From a virus (lineage: Duplodnaviria > Heunggongvirae > Uroviricota > Caudoviricetes), in IMG/VR virus record IMGVR_UViG_3300031857_000009: a stretch of 64,000 nucleotides of DNA; one strand, written 5' to 3'. Shown here in pieces: positions 50,425 to 61,626 of the stretch. Positions within the stretch are counted from its first letter, which is position 1, and every line of letters begins with the position of its first letter. The position numbers and the translations under genes were made by a program. The notes under the pieces were generated by a model that searched no databases, was not told the DNA's origin, and worked only from the letters and a program-made list of their open reading frames with translations.

Positions 50425-51341
50425 TATTCTGTTATAGTATCAAAGTTTAAGGTTTCGTCTACGTCATTTCTTTCTTCACGAATCTCATATAATGTTTCAT
50501 TAAATTCGTCTTTAACTTCGTAAAGATTGTATTGTCTATAGATGTTATTATTATTGTCATAGATGGTATAGATACCTTGTGAAACCGCTTTACTTTGATT
50601 ACCATAAAGAGCATGTGCCAATGTTGAAGCATCATGTTCAACCATTTCTACCTCAATTGTGGTGGGATTTAAATATGTGTTTGTTAATATGATTTTTTGT
50701 GATGGTACACCAATAAATGGAACCGTATTTGGTTTATTTGTTGGTGCTGAAGATGGTGTTACTGTTAAAAACATCAAATTGGTTGCCTGTTCACTATACT
50801 GATATCTGATAGCTTTTTGTGATGTACTTGTTAAATTTGAAACAATTGGTGTACAGTAGAACGAAGATGTTACGATTCTATAAAAATTTGGAATTTTTTT
50901 ATTGTCAGATGAATTAATGTACTCAATTCTATATCCAACAAGTCCTTGTGGTGTAAATTTATTTCTATCATCAGCAGGAACATTGGATAAGTCAATGACC
51001 AATCCTCTAACTGAAGGTAGAGACGCTAAAATTCCACAATCAGTAATTGAAGTTCTTATTTGTTTTGGTCTTATATGGAGTGTGTATACACCTAAATCCG
51101 CAAAATCGGATGCGGTTAATTTTAAGTTGTACAATCCACCTAAGATTTCAACATTAGGTGCTGAAGTATCATCCGTGGTGTTCGAATTATGATAAACAGG
51201 GGTTAATACTTCAGCTGAACTTAATTTCTTAAGAGTAACAGTCGAAGTGCTATTTCTATCCGCAACGTAATGAAAATAAATTTCAACGTCTTCGGGTGAC
51301 ACATCTGATGGTCTAATTATACCGTAACTACCTACTGCCAT
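50424..51341 (-). CDS. Putative structural protein
   Basis: 305 aa; tail cluster; TATTTAT 11 nt upstream. Confidence 0.7.
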   Translation of the reverse strand: MAVGSYGIIRPSDVSPEDVEIYFHYVADRNSTSTVTLKKLSSAEVLTPVYHNSNTTDDTSAPNVEILGGLYNLKLTASDFADLGVYTLHIRPKQIRTSITDCGILASLPSVRGLVIDLSNVPADDRNKFTPQGLVGYRIEYINSSDNKKIPNFYRIVTSSFYCTPIVSNLTSTSQKAIRYQYSEQATNLMFLTVTPSSAPTNKPNTVPFIGVPSQKIILTNTYLNPTTIEVEMVEHDASTLAHALYGNQSKAVSQGIYTIYDNNNNIYRQYNLYEVKDEFNETLYEIREERNDVDETLNFDTITE

Positions 51342-51365
51342 GTTTTTTTATAATAAATATGAAAA

Positions 51366-52532
51366 TTATTGTTTTCTAATATTAAAATATCCGTTTCCAT
51401 AAATTGATAATTCACCTGTGTTGTCAATTTCAGATAATCGTAATGTTTTTTCCATTACACCTTGTTTTCCTCTTTCAACAAAAATGTCAGAATAGATTAC
51501 TGGTTCATCAATAAATCCTAAGAAATGTTCATTTCTTGTAATAACCTTATTGATGACTTCTTCTTTTGTAAATCCTGATGTTGTACCAGTAATTGTAGTG
51601 ATTCCATCCTCAAAATCTTGATAATACAAATTATCAATTGTGTATGCACTGTAAGCCACACCATTTGTTACTCCTGTAGTTACACCTGAGTATGTATTTG
51701 AACCGTATAATTTTAATTCGCTAATTTTACTTTTACCAATTGCAGCATATGTAAATGTGGTATAACCTGTGTTGGTTCCATTATAGTCTAAATCGTTTAG
51801 ATAATTTTGACTTTGACCCGATATGTTGGTGTATGGTATTGTGAACCCGGAGAATGTCCCTAATGGGTTAGAGACAGTGGTATTTGAAGGTACTTGTACT
51901 TTCTTTTTAGTTTCAAACTGACTCCATGGTGTGTTGATTGAAATTGATATGGTTGTTTCGCCGGTGGATGAATATGTTTTTGTTGCGGTAATTCCAGTTG
52001 TTGATAGAATACTTGTAGTCCCGTCTCCCCAACTGACAGTAAAATCGATAAAATGTATTTCAGAAACTTTACTCGTGTCCACCGTATTGTAAACCTGAAC
52101 TGTGTTACCGGTCTGAGTATAAGAAAAGTTACAAATTTGTTCAACTTGTTCAAGTTCCCCATCAAAACCAACCATTACACCCATTTCGTCAACGTGTGTT
52201 TCTAAAAATATCGGTAACATGTGTTCACCATACGCCTCCCCTTTTGTAATATTGTTCCAACCATATAGTTCTAAAGTTAAATCACAACCAGCGTCTCCGT
52301 AAGAGTTGGTTGGTATGGTGGTTCCCGTCCACATGTAGTATCCATTACTAACAGTACCACCAGTGACGTTATACACTATAAAACCATCTAAAGGGTCAAG
52401 ATATTGAGACTCCGACCACGATATTAAACTACCCAAACTATTGTACCAATATGGACCATCGTTTGAATACAATTTAACATTAGGAATATTTTTCCTAAGT
52501 ATTTCGTATTTTGTTGGTGATTTAATATCCAT
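51366..52532 (-). CDS. Putative structural protein with a PKD-like motif
   Basis: 388 aa; FTVSWGDGTT ... KTYSSTG matches the PKD W.FGDG pattern. Confidence 0.65.
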   Translation of the reverse strand: MDIKSPTKYEILRKNIPNVKLYSNDGPYWYNSLGSLISWSESQYLDPLDGFIVYNVTGGTVSNGYYMWTGTTIPTNSYGDAGCDLTLELYGWNNITKGEAYGEHMLPIFLETHVDEMGVMVGFDGELEQVEQICNFSYTQTGNTVQVYNTVDTSKVSEIHFIDFTVSWGDGTTSILSTTGITATKTYSSTGETTISISINTPWSQFETKKKVQVPSNTTVSNPLGTFSGFTIPYTNISGQSQNYLNDLDYNGTNTGYTTFTYAAIGKSKISELKLYGSNTYSGVTTGVTNGVAYSAYTIDNLYYQDFEDGITTITGTTSGFTKEEVINKVITRNEHFLGFIDEPVIYSDIFVERGKQGVMEKTLRLSEIDNTGELSIYGNGYFNIRKQ

Positions 52533-53365
52533 TATTGTTTTCTTTCATAAAAATTTATTGGTGCGGTTACTATTCCTTTTCTTGTACCTAATGAACCATT
52601 ATACGCATAAACTATGTATGAATAATTTGTTCTATCTATAATTACTTTATAGTAGACATCTTCTTCTTCAGCATACGGTGTTGTTGCATTTACATTTTTT
52701 GATTTATTTACAAAATCAATAACACTTCCGTCTTTTGCATTATAGTACTTGGCGGTCATATAAAATGTATTTCCCGTAATATTTGTTTCATCAAATGGTG
52801 AATCATCCGCAAACCAAAAAAAGTACATATTTTCCGTATTTCTGTAGTTTGAACCAGTGAAAACAGGGACATAAACAAAATCGTTTAGAGGTAACGTAGC
52901 TCCCGACGGTGTGCCTGTATAATATATTCTTTCACCAAGAGGGAGTGATAAATTCTTTGCAAAAACCAATCTTCTATTCGTTTGATTTGGTGATGCGTCA
53001 TTATTAGTTTTGTAAAACTCTAATCTGAAAAAACTTTCTGTTGACTGTTTTAACATTTTAGAATTTTCTTCCATTGTTATTCCAACGTCTTCATAATTTT
53101 GTGAGTAATTACCAAAACTATTCAAAAAATAAAAATTATACCATATGTCCGTTTGGTTAAAAGTATTATCAGTTACCGGTGAAACTTGGTCATATGCGGT
53201 ATGTATGTATCTTACAGTTTCATAATTTTCAGTTGGGTTGATGATTTCATATAAAATCTCTTGCTCCATCTGCTCAGCATTATCAGTCCAACCCAAATCT
53301 GTTTTAAACATTTGGTTTGATGGAATTATAATTGTTTGGTCATTATTTTTAGCAAGAATTTTCAT
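52532..53365 (-). CDS. Putative structural protein
   Basis: 277 aa; coupled to its neighbours in the tail cluster. Confidence 0.7.
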   Translation of the reverse strand: MKILAKNNDQTIIIPSNQMFKTDLGWTDNAEQMEQEILYEIINPTENYETVRYIHTAYDQVSPVTDNTFNQTDIWYNFYFLNSFGNYSQNYEDVGITMEENSKMLKQSTESFFRLEFYKTNNDASPNQTNRRLVFAKNLSLPLGERIYYTGTPSGATLPLNDFVYVPVFTGSNYRNTENMYFFWFADDSPFDETNITGNTFYMTAKYYNAKDGSVIDFVNKSKNVNATTPYAEEEDVYYKVIIDRTNYSYIVYAYNGSLGTRKGIVTAPINFYERKQ

Positions 53366-53366
53366 A

Positions 53367-55127
53367 TTAACATTTAAACTTGTTTACGTTCTTAACTTTA
53401 TCTTGTTTATTCCTGTAGATATTTTCGTTTCGTAAATAAAAATCAATATCACTTTTTACATAATGTATATTATTAATAAAAGGAAAGTTGGTACCGAAAC
53501 CATCAGGGTCAATAAATCCATGGTCGTATAAATCTCTCCATTTCCATAACGCCTCGTCTTCAAAATATTTTGAATTCTGTGGTAATCCGTATACTTGATT
53601 TGTTGTTGAAGTTTCAATATATGGTGACAATTGTCTTAGTTTTACTCTATGGTGTGGTTGATAATAAAGACCATACATGTTTGTCATTGAACCACCTGAA
53701 AAGGTTACAGTTGTACCCGTTTGTCCATAATCAAAAACAAATAAAGGATTAGAGAATCTGTGATATGATTCACTTATAATTCTTTCTTTTAATTCTGAAC
53801 GATTGTATTCAACAAAGGCACCATGTAAAACTGTACCAACAGGTAAATCTACACCTGTTGTAAAATTATAGGTTGTTGCACTAATCGTTCTCGAGAAACC
53901 ACTTGTTAATATGGACGTTTCAGTAGTTCCTGTACCATTAAAATGTTCGTCAACCCATGTATCATGAAAATTGAATTTCCAACCAACTTTAGGTGGGTAT
54001 TCAAAATAACCGTTTCTATTGGCCAAAATGGTACTTACATAAACTTCAGTTGGTAAATAACCTAAATTATTAGTTAATCCCGTAAGAACAAATGGTTCTT
54101 TGAAATCATAAATTAATGATTCCATCATATTCCTTTCAACCAAAACATCAGAAACACCAGCACTATTTTCTAAAAGTAATTTTCTTTCGTTTTCCCAAAT
54201 AGATGACTCAAATCCAATTTTGTCTAATATATAATCTTCCCTTTCTGTTAGTGTTTTGTGTTTGTGAACGTAATAATTAGATGTGGAACCTGTTATGTCA
54301 TTTCTGTCAAGACATCGTTTACCAAAAACAACTGTTGAAAGTGTTGAACCAGAGGGTAATTCGGATTTAGATATTTCTAAAACATATTTTTCAGAATTAT
54401 ATATTGAGTCACCAACACTTATAATTGTGAATGTTTTACCCGTGACATTTACCGCGTTATTAAAACTACCTCCGCTTAGTGTAATAAATTCACCCGATAA
54501 CATTCCGTGTTCTACAGGACTTGTTAACTTGTATGTGTTACCATTGCTTTCAACCCTAAAAGGTATTCCATCGCCTGATGTAAAACTAAAATAAGTTCCA
54601 CCACTTAATGAATATTTCATCGGATAAGCACTGTCTTGACCATAAACATATGAAAGGTATATGTTCCAATTGTGATATGGTGCTTGTATGGACGATATTG
54701 AGGTGTGTTCAGTTTCTCCTGAATAAGCAAAAATGGGACTGTACGTTGTTAATGATGAAATAGTTTGTATAGTGTTTATTTGTCTTACCACATCTTTTCT
54801 TAAAAAAGCAAATTCTTGGTAGGGTATGAAACCTGTAAAATCATTATTACCACCGTCACCAACCAAATACAGTCTTTTTAATAATGGATTATATTCAGAT
54901 GAACCACTATAAAGATTTCTAAAAACCATTTTTAGTTTACCATGAATTTTATAGCTATTACTTTCGTTCCTTTCTTTATTAAAGAGCTCCGCGTTACTTA
55001 GAATAATTGTTCTGTCACCTTCTCTTAAAAGATTCTCAGTTTCCTCTAACCCAACACGAATTGTTTGGTCTTCATTGATTGAACCAAAAAATTTTTTAGA
55101 TGGTAATATAATCCTTTTTTTATCCAT
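53367..55127 (-). CDS. Putative structural protein
   Basis: 586 aa; coupled to its neighbours in the tail cluster. Confidence 0.7.
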   Translation of the reverse strand: MDKKRIILPSKKFFGSINEDQTIRVGLEETENLLREGDRTIILSNAELFNKERNESNSYKIHGKLKMVFRNLYSGSSEYNPLLKRLYLVGDGGNNDFTGFIPYQEFAFLRKDVVRQINTIQTISSLTTYSPIFAYSGETEHTSISSIQAPYHNWNIYLSYVYGQDSAYPMKYSLSGGTYFSFTSGDGIPFRVESNGNTYKLTSPVEHGMLSGEFITLSGGSFNNAVNVTGKTFTIISVGDSIYNSEKYVLEISKSELPSGSTLSTVVFGKRCLDRNDITGSTSNYYVHKHKTLTEREDYILDKIGFESSIWENERKLLLENSAGVSDVLVERNMMESLIYDFKEPFVLTGLTNNLGYLPTEVYVSTILANRNGYFEYPPKVGWKFNFHDTWVDEHFNGTGTTETSILTSGFSRTISATTYNFTTGVDLPVGTVLHGAFVEYNRSELKERIISESYHRFSNPLFVFDYGQTGTTVTFSGGSMTNMYGLYYQPHHRVKLRQLSPYIETSTTNQVYGLPQNSKYFEDEALWKWRDLYDHGFIDPDGFGTNFPFINNIHYVKSDIDFYLRNENIYRNKQDKVKNVNKFKC

Positions 55128-58100
55128 TATTCTTGAGATGGGAACGCACCTTTTGGTCCAAATAATTTTATAAATTTATCAACCGCAGTTGCGCCTGGTC
55201 TTAATCCAAAATAAAATAAGAATGGTGTTGATAATATTTGTTTATTACCAGTATAATTTACTTGTGTTGGTTTTAATATAAAATCAACATCATTATTCCA
55301 CGGTTTTGAAGCCCATCCCCCCACCTCTCCAACTCTAATCCACAAAGTACCTGCATCCGGTGATAAAGTGGTTCCTGATGTTATATGTAAAACAGTAAAC
55401 CCTTCCTCTTGATTGTTGTAGTTTAGATGCACGTCGTTTGTATCTTCAACATCAAACGAACCATCGTTAACATCAGCACCTGCGATTGTGAATGTATCTC
55501 CCGAATATGTTTTTGTCATCGGAAATAAAACATAATTATATGTTGAATCACCCGTAAACGCATAATTATACGTCATTCCTTGTAATCTCTGAGAAACAAC
55601 AGTGGCATAATCCCAAGATTGTCCATATCCTTCACCAAAACCTTGTCCGTCCTTATCCCAATAAAAAAATGGAACAATTTGTGACGATTCTGTTAACCTA
55701 CCTGGTTCATTTAGACAAACTCTAACCCTATAACCGTCATCGTCTAAAACAAAATTTATCGGCATTGGTCCATTCGTTGTTCCGGATTGTGATTTAAATA
55801 ATTGAACATAATCATCAGGGTCAAGAATTACAGGACTGTATTGACCATAATATCTATTTTGTAAATCAAATTCCTCAATACCGGCTTCATTGTTAATTGA
55901 TATTAATTGTAAAACGTCACCATTTAATATTTCTTTATTAGTGTTAAACGGGTAGTATGAAGTGTATCCATTATTAGAGAAAAAATCTTTATAATTATAA
56001 TTGGCGTTTGTGTCAAGTCTGTAATTAATGTAAAGACCCAACATTTCTTTAAAATTTTGATACGATGTTGAACCTATACTTCTAACAATAGAGCAATTTG
56101 GGTCTAATGTTGGGTCTACACAAATTTCTTTAATAAATTCATCTCTTGGACCTAAATCCATTATTGTTGTTGGGTGTCTTAGGGTACTGAATTCAGAACC
56201 TGATGCCGTTTTTTGGAAAATCGAGCCGTTCCATTTTGTGGACCTGTAATAAAATTTTTTTACTGCGTCATTTGATGTTTTTTCTGAAACTTTATAATAT
56301 AGTAAATTTTGACAGTAATTGGTCCCTCTGACGTTCAAATCTAAAGTTTCTTCATTGTCCCATCTCACTCTAGCTTTGAAAGGGAACATATAAAGAGAAC
56401 CCGCTAACCAGTTGTCAAAAAAGGAATAATTAGCAATACCTTCGCAGAAAACTTTATTTACCAATTTTCTTCTTGCATATTCTCTGATTAATTTAAATTG
56501 TACATCTCTATTGTCTGTATGAGCCGCGGGAATTACTGTGTAAACACCAAATCTAAATTCAGAAAAACCACTTCTCGTGTCACATTTTATCGAACAAGGG
56601 TTTTTGGACAAGTCATTAGCTGCTGCTTGTCCAACTACCATTAAGTTTAAATTATTACAATTTGTACCAGGGTTTGCCGTTGTTCCACTATAATCGGCAG
56701 TAGTACCGCTTGCACAGTAACTTATTTTTACAATACCACTATCGTCATATATTGTATTTTGAGATAAACACCCTTCGGGTAAAGATGTGGAATCAAACGA
56801 GCTTGTTGTTGAACCGGTTATCGGGTAATTTGAATCGTATATTTCGTAAGTGAATCCCGACCAAACATAATCTTTTGGGATTGTTGGGTCGTTCCATTGT
56901 AACCACGAATTTGCGGACGCTAAATCTCTACCTAAAACACCTGTTGTTGAACCACAAGTATAGTTTCTGTAAAGAAAAGTATAACTATTTCCTGTTGTTA
57001 ATCCACTTAATGCTGTAATATCGGCCGTTTGTGCACCTGAATGAGCTAGATAAGAAGTAACCCTTATGTAATAATTTCTATTAGGATTTACTATTATATT
57101 GTTTATAATTGTTGATAATGATTGTCCATACGTGTAACCCGTATAATAATAAGATGTTAAACCACTTGAGGGTGATTCACTTAAAAAATATTCTCTTTCA
57201 GTTGGGTCATAGTCACATATAAAAATATCTGTCACCGTGGAATCACAGGTTCCTGTTACCACGGGTACACCATCTCCACCAGCGTAGGACATAGAACCAT
57301 CTCTAGCGCAAACACCTGTAACTGATGACCCACTAAATGGTATTGATTGGGATTGAATTGAGTTATTAGTACAATCTCTCCAAGTATAGGTGGTTGTGCC
57401 AGTAGTTGGTGGTGGTAAAGTGTATGTTGTACAATTAACCAAAAAAGTAAGTTTGTCTCGAACCGCGGTACCACTAGCGACTTTTTGATATATGTTAGAA
57501 GGGTCGGTGTCAGTCGACGAATCTTCCGTAAAAACTTGAATTTCATCACAAGATTCACATTCGGGATATATTGTTAAACTTAATCTTACTGTTCCCAATG
57601 CTTGTAATGGTTCAATAATTGATTCATCCCACCCGTCAAAAGGTGCCCAATAAAAAGTCCATCCTAAAATATTCCAAGGACCAATTCTAACTTTTTCATA
57701 AATTAATTGAAATGGAGCAATGATAATTTGAACAGCACCAACAAAGGCGGTATATATGACTCTTTCGAACGCATTAATAATAATCGCCAAAAGAATTGCA
57801 AAACTAAACTTTCTCCACGCATAATTTATTGGTGGGGTGACAACACTTGATTCGCAATCTTCTTCCGCTTTTGGTGCAATATCTTTTATACCTAAAAAGT
57901 TGTCTTTACCACCTTTAAAATGCCCACCCATGTAAGATGTTACAGTGTAGACTTTGTTATATGTAAATCTATAGAAATAATCCTCAGGATAATAACTTCC
58001 ATAAGTCTGATTGAATATTACTGATGAACTTGTGGCTGAAGTTGGGTAGTCGTCCCAATTTAATGAAAACGCATATGAACCATCAACGTCGGAATTGTAC

Positions 58101-59251
58101 TCCCTAATGTTTGGTATCAAATAACTAGCAACATATCTAACCCTACCTAAAGTTTCATTTTTACCTGATATTCTGAATCTATAACAAGCCGATGTTGGTA
58201 TTCCTTTGTTAGGGTCATTTGTTGTTTCATTTTCACCAAATTCATTTGTGTACACAAAATCCATGTTCATGGGTAATGGGACCACAAATGAACCATCGTC
58301 CTCGATATCTTCTTGTATTTCGTATCTCTCAAGTATTGGTCGACCACTACTGTCTTTATTTGGTGTAAACCTTATTATTTCAATAACAGCATCAAATGTG
58401 GTTAAATCACATTTTCGACCCATCTCACCTCTTGGTCTACAATTTTTATTTATTGTATTTTTACCTTTATCCGAATATATTGAACCTAATAGATACGCTT
58501 TTGGCTCTACTTTAACCCCTTTACTTGATAAATCAAAATCAGTTCTGGTTAATCCAATTTCACATAAATCTTCGTTACCCCAAAAAGGATAAACTTCTAT
58601 AGTTTGATTAAAAGAAACTATTTGAGGTAAAGTGTCTAAATCATTTGACGCTTTGTACGAATATGTATTTTTGAATTTGTCAACACCTAAACCTTGTCTA
58701 ATAAAATCGTCAGGTCTAAGTGAAAAACACCCAATATCAGATAAATCTACATCAACATGAATTGTTTGTGTCCCTACAGGAACACCCCAAATCATGAAGT
58801 CACCAGCATCGTTTGTTTTTACAGTGTATTTGTAATATTTTTCATAAACCTCAAGAACCTCTTCTCTCGTTAAAATATCTTTTTGGTCAGGGAATGTACC
58901 GGTTGGTTCGTGTCCACCGTGTTGTTTTCGACTTGGTAAAAGATTATATCTATATCCTTCATCATTTTTACTATCTACCGTGGTAAATGGATATAACTCA
59001 GAAATTACGGGGTCGTTTGAATCTTCTTCGGATATTGGAATGAAAATAGAAACTCTAGCATTTGGAACACCGAATCCATTGTTTACAAAGATTCTTCCAC
59101 AAACAACACCATAGTCCGCACACATTGAGGAGTATACCTCCGTCTGTGTGAATTTAAGGGATAATATTTCCAATAAGTCAAAGTCGTTTTTTAATTCGAC
59201 AACAACTTTTTGGTCTTTACCTATATTTGTGGAAATTCTGTGTTTCTGCAT
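55127..59251 (-). CDS. Large tail-associated protein with an N-terminal carboxypeptidase-regulatory-like domain and an internal hydrophobic segment
   Basis: 1374 aa; GVVCGRIFVNNGFGVPNARVSI and TNDAGDFMIWGVPVG; TATTTAT 6 nt upstream. Confidence 0.7.
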   Translation of the reverse strand: MQKHRISTNIGKDQKVVVELKNDFDLLEILSLKFTQTEVYSSMCADYGVVCGRIFVNNGFGVPNARVSIFIPISEEDSNDPVISELYPFTTVDSKNDEGYRYNLLPSRKQHGGHEPTGTFPDQKDILTREEVLEVYEKYYKYTVKTNDAGDFMIWGVPVGTQTIHVDVDLSDIGCFSLRPDDFIRQGLGVDKFKNTYSYKASNDLDTLPQIVSFNQTIEVYPFWGNEDLCEIGLTRTDFDLSSKGVKVEPKAYLLGSIYSDKGKNTINKNCRPRGEMGRKCDLTTFDAVIEIIRFTPNKDSSGRPILERYEIQEDIEDDGSFVVPLPMNMDFVYTNEFGENETTNDPNKGIPTSACYRFRISGKNETLGRVRYVASYLIPNIREYNSDVDGSYAFSLNWDDYPTSATSSSVIFNQTYGSYYPEDYFYRFTYNKVYTVTSYMGGHFKGGKDNFLGIKDIAPKAEEDCESSVVTPPINYAWRKFSFAILLAIIINAFERVIYTAFVGAVQIIIAPFQLIYEKVRIGPWNILGWTFYWAPFDGWDESIIEPLQALGTVRLSLTIYPECESCDEIQVFTEDSSTDTDPSNIYQKVASGTAVRDKLTFLVNCTTYTLPPPTTGTTTYTWRDCTNNSIQSQSIPFSGSSVTGVCARDGSMSYAGGDGVPVVTGTCDSTVTDIFICDYDPTEREYFLSESPSSGLTSYYYTGYTYGQSLSTIINNIIVNPNRNYYIRVTSYLAHSGAQTADITALSGLTTGNSYTFLYRNYTCGSTTGVLGRDLASANSWLQWNDPTIPKDYVWSGFTYEIYDSNYPITGSTTSSFDSTSLPEGCLSQNTIYDDSGIVKISYCASGTTADYSGTTANPGTNCNNLNLMVVGQAAANDLSKNPCSIKCDTRSGFSEFRFGVYTVIPAAHTDNRDVQFKLIREYARRKLVNKVFCEGIANYSFFDNWLAGSLYMFPFKARVRWDNEETLDLNVRGTNYCQNLLYYKVSEKTSNDAVKKFYYRSTKWNGSIFQKTASGSEFSTLRHPTTIMDLGPRDEFIKEICVDPTLDPNCSIVRSIGSTSYQNFKEMLGLYINYRLDTNANYNYKDFFSNNGYTSYYPFNTNKEILNGDVLQLISINNEAGIEEFDLQNRYYGQYSPVILDPDDYVQLFKSQSGTTNGPMPINFVLDDDGYRVRVCLNEPGRLTESSQIVPFFYWDKDGQGFGEGYGQSWDYATVVSQRLQGMTYNYAFTGDSTYNYVLFPMTKTYSGDTFTIAGADVNDGSFDVEDTNDVHLNYNNQEEGFTVLHITSGTTLSPDAGTLWIRVGEVGGWASKPWNNDVDFILKPTQVNYTGNKQILSTPFLFYFGLRPGATAVDKFIKLFGPKGAFPSQE

Positions 59252-59303
59252 TATTCTATAAATAGAAAATTATGGATTTCCAGAAAAATAAATAAAAATT
59301 AAA

Positions 59304-61136
59304 TTAGAATGTAGTCGTTCCTAATGTTTTTACTCTAACTTTTATATCTTTCTGAGGAAATCTTATTTGATATATTTGGTTAGATTTCATATAGATAGTC
59401 ATATCGGATTGAGCAATTTCTTTTGTGGTTGGGTCAATATATGATTGTAACACTTCAGAAGATGAATATTCTCCACCTACGTTATTGAAAACTCTTATAT
59501 CGACAGCGTTTACCACTCCATTTACTTCACCTATTGTTTTATATAAATCACCAACAAATAATGGGTCACCCATTTTTCTTTTTTCAATTGAAAAATAACT
59601 AACAGTATCCTCGATAATAGTTTTAACAATCTCTGTTTGGTTACCATTTTTATCAATAACAACGTCAATCTCTAGTGTGAAATCAACCACTTCACCGCTT
59701 TGAACTTCTAAAAAGTCATTAACCATTCGGTACTCGGCTAAGTAAGATAAAATGTTGTTTTTTAATGTGTTTGAAACAGTATCAATAAGATTACCATTCT
59801 CATCATATGACAATAATTTAATTTTTATTTTATTGTCTTCTTCCATCACGTTTACCTTAGCGGGAGCCCCATATGTTGATGGCATTGTCTCAATTAAAGA
59901 TTTATAATCATTAAGAGTTACCGCCCTATTTTGTGCAGAGAAGTTATATGCTATCATGTTTCTAACTTCTTCAATTGTGGGTTGGTCCGCACCTCCAACA
60001 GCTGGTGTTACGTTGGTTACGGTTAAAGAATTTTGTACTTGAGTGTTCGTTGATGAGTTAGGTCCATTAATAGAAAATTCAACATTATCTACACTTGTAA
60101 TAATATCAATACCGAGATTACTATCCTTACCTCCTCCAATTCTATATTTTATGAATAACGTTGTATTTGATTTCGGTAAAGCACCTAATGATAGGTTATT
60201 CAAATACGTTCCAAGACTTACTCTTAAAGTACCTTGGTTATAGTTGTCCAAATTATCCAATGGATTAACATTACCAGAACCAAATGTTACCGAAAAATAA
60301 TTTTCGGGAGTATATTCTGTAATAAATTTATTTGTAACTGGAACGTATGTTCCCGATATGAAATTATCACTATCAGATGCCGATGTTGGGTCGGGCACAA
60401 ATACTTTATCTTGTATTAATGATTTTACTTCGTACCATTTATTTTCAGAACTTAAAAATTCAGAGTTAGTTGGATTATTTACAAAGTTTGTTCCCTCTTT
60501 ATGAATTACTCCACTCACCCCTAATATGTTTTGTTCAGGTAAGAATATTTTTAAGAAAGGTTTTTGGTCAACTTCTGTTATAACTTTTCTATATATTCTT
60601 GTTACACCATTTACAACAGCTTCTCTTTTTACAATTGAGTATGATATGAGTCTATTATTACCATCAAAATTTGGGATTTTTAATCTGTTTGGTTCACCTC
60701 TTTTATTGAAGGGATTTGAGAAATCAATATCGTCGATGGTTTCAAAAACTTGTCCCCCACCCGATACTTGTGCACCTGATTTTATAGTCCCCAAATAACG
60801 CTCATCTTCTTTATCTCCTCTAACAGGTACTTGTATTGTAAAATCACACAAAGAAACCGATGGTCTATTACCTGGTATTCTCATACCATATGTTTTGGCA
60901 ATATGATACAATGATTGTCTTTGTTGTGCAAAATCTAGCATTGTCTCTTGCCAAACCCTATCAATGTGAAAATGTAAATTGTCTGTCACAGCGGCATTTA
61001 AATCCAATAAAACAGAATAAATTGATGCGTCATTTGTATTCTTAATCAAATCGGGATAATATTCCCTTGTGAGATTAACTAGTTCCTGTCTTAAACTCGC
61101 AAAGTCTCTGACGGCGTATGATATTTTTTTAGCCAT
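59304..61136 (-). CDS. Baseplate wedge subunit (baseplate J / T4 gp6-like)
   Basis: RDFASLRQEL, ETMLDFAQQRQS, YRIGGGKDSN, GGADQPTIEEVR, QNRAVTLNDY. Confidence 0.9.
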   Translation of the reverse strand: MAKKISYAVRDFASLRQELVNLTREYYPDLIKNTNDASIYSVLLDLNAAVTDNLHFHIDRVWQETMLDFAQQRQSLYHIAKTYGMRIPGNRPSVSLCDFTIQVPVRGDKEDERYLGTIKSGAQVSGGGQVFETIDDIDFSNPFNKRGEPNRLKIPNFDGNNRLISYSIVKREAVVNGVTRIYRKVITEVDQKPFLKIFLPEQNILGVSGVIHKEGTNFVNNPTNSEFLSSENKWYEVKSLIQDKVFVPDPTSASDSDNFISGTYVPVTNKFITEYTPENYFSVTFGSGNVNPLDNLDNYNQGTLRVSLGTYLNNLSLGALPKSNTTLFIKYRIGGGKDSNLGIDIITSVDNVEFSINGPNSSTNTQVQNSLTVTNVTPAVGGADQPTIEEVRNMIAYNFSAQNRAVTLNDYKSLIETMPSTYGAPAKVNVMEEDNKIKIKLLSYDENGNLIDTVSNTLKNNILSYLAEYRMVNDFLEVQSGEVVDFTLEIDVVIDKNGNQTEIVKTIIEDTVSYFSIEKRKMGDPLFVGDLYKTIGEVNGVVNAVDIRVFNNVGGEYSSSEVLQSYIDPTTKEIAQSDMTIYMKSNQIYQIRFPQKDIKVRVKTLGTTTF

Positions 61137-61137
61137 A

Positions 61138-61590
61138 TTATATGTTAATAATTATAAAATCGGACGAAACAAAAGGTTCGTTATTTATGTCATAGTCAAT
61201 TCGAACTTTTGCGGTATATGGTTTGGTTGAATAATCAGAAACTCTAAACAATCTTGAGTCCTCATCTTCTTGTGGGCTCATAGATTCTTCAGGGTCTTGG
61301 TCAGCGGGTGTAACTCTAATTGATTTTATTTCTAAATTAGGTATGTATAATTTCACCGCAGTTCTTATTTCATCTTCTATCTGACCCCATGTTACAGCGT
61401 CATTTGGTTCAAAAATAAATTCATATAATCTAGTCCCAAAATCAGGTAAATAATATCTTGAACCCTTTCTTGTTAATAACAAGTGAATCAAGTTTGCACG
61501 AATCTCTCTCTCAGGGGTTTCGGTCATAACCAAAAAATCACCCTTAGGACTAATTCTGAATGGAAAATCTATACCATATGTAATCGCCAT
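61138..61590 (-). CDS. Baseplate gp25/GPW-like sheath-initiator protein
   Basis: GIDFPF, IRANLIHLLLTRKGSRYYLPDFGTRLYEFIFEP, AVKLYIP. Confidence 0.92.
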   Translation of the reverse strand: MAITYGIDFPFRISPKGDFLVMTETPEREIRANLIHLLLTRKGSRYYLPDFGTRLYEFIFEPNDAVTWGQIEDEIRTAVKLYIPNLEIKSIRVTPADQDPEESMSPQEDEDSRLFRVSDYSTKPYTAKVRIDYDINNEPFVSSDFIIINI

Positions 61591-61626
61591 ACTAATAAAT
61601 ATAACTAAAGAACAAATACTAATAAA

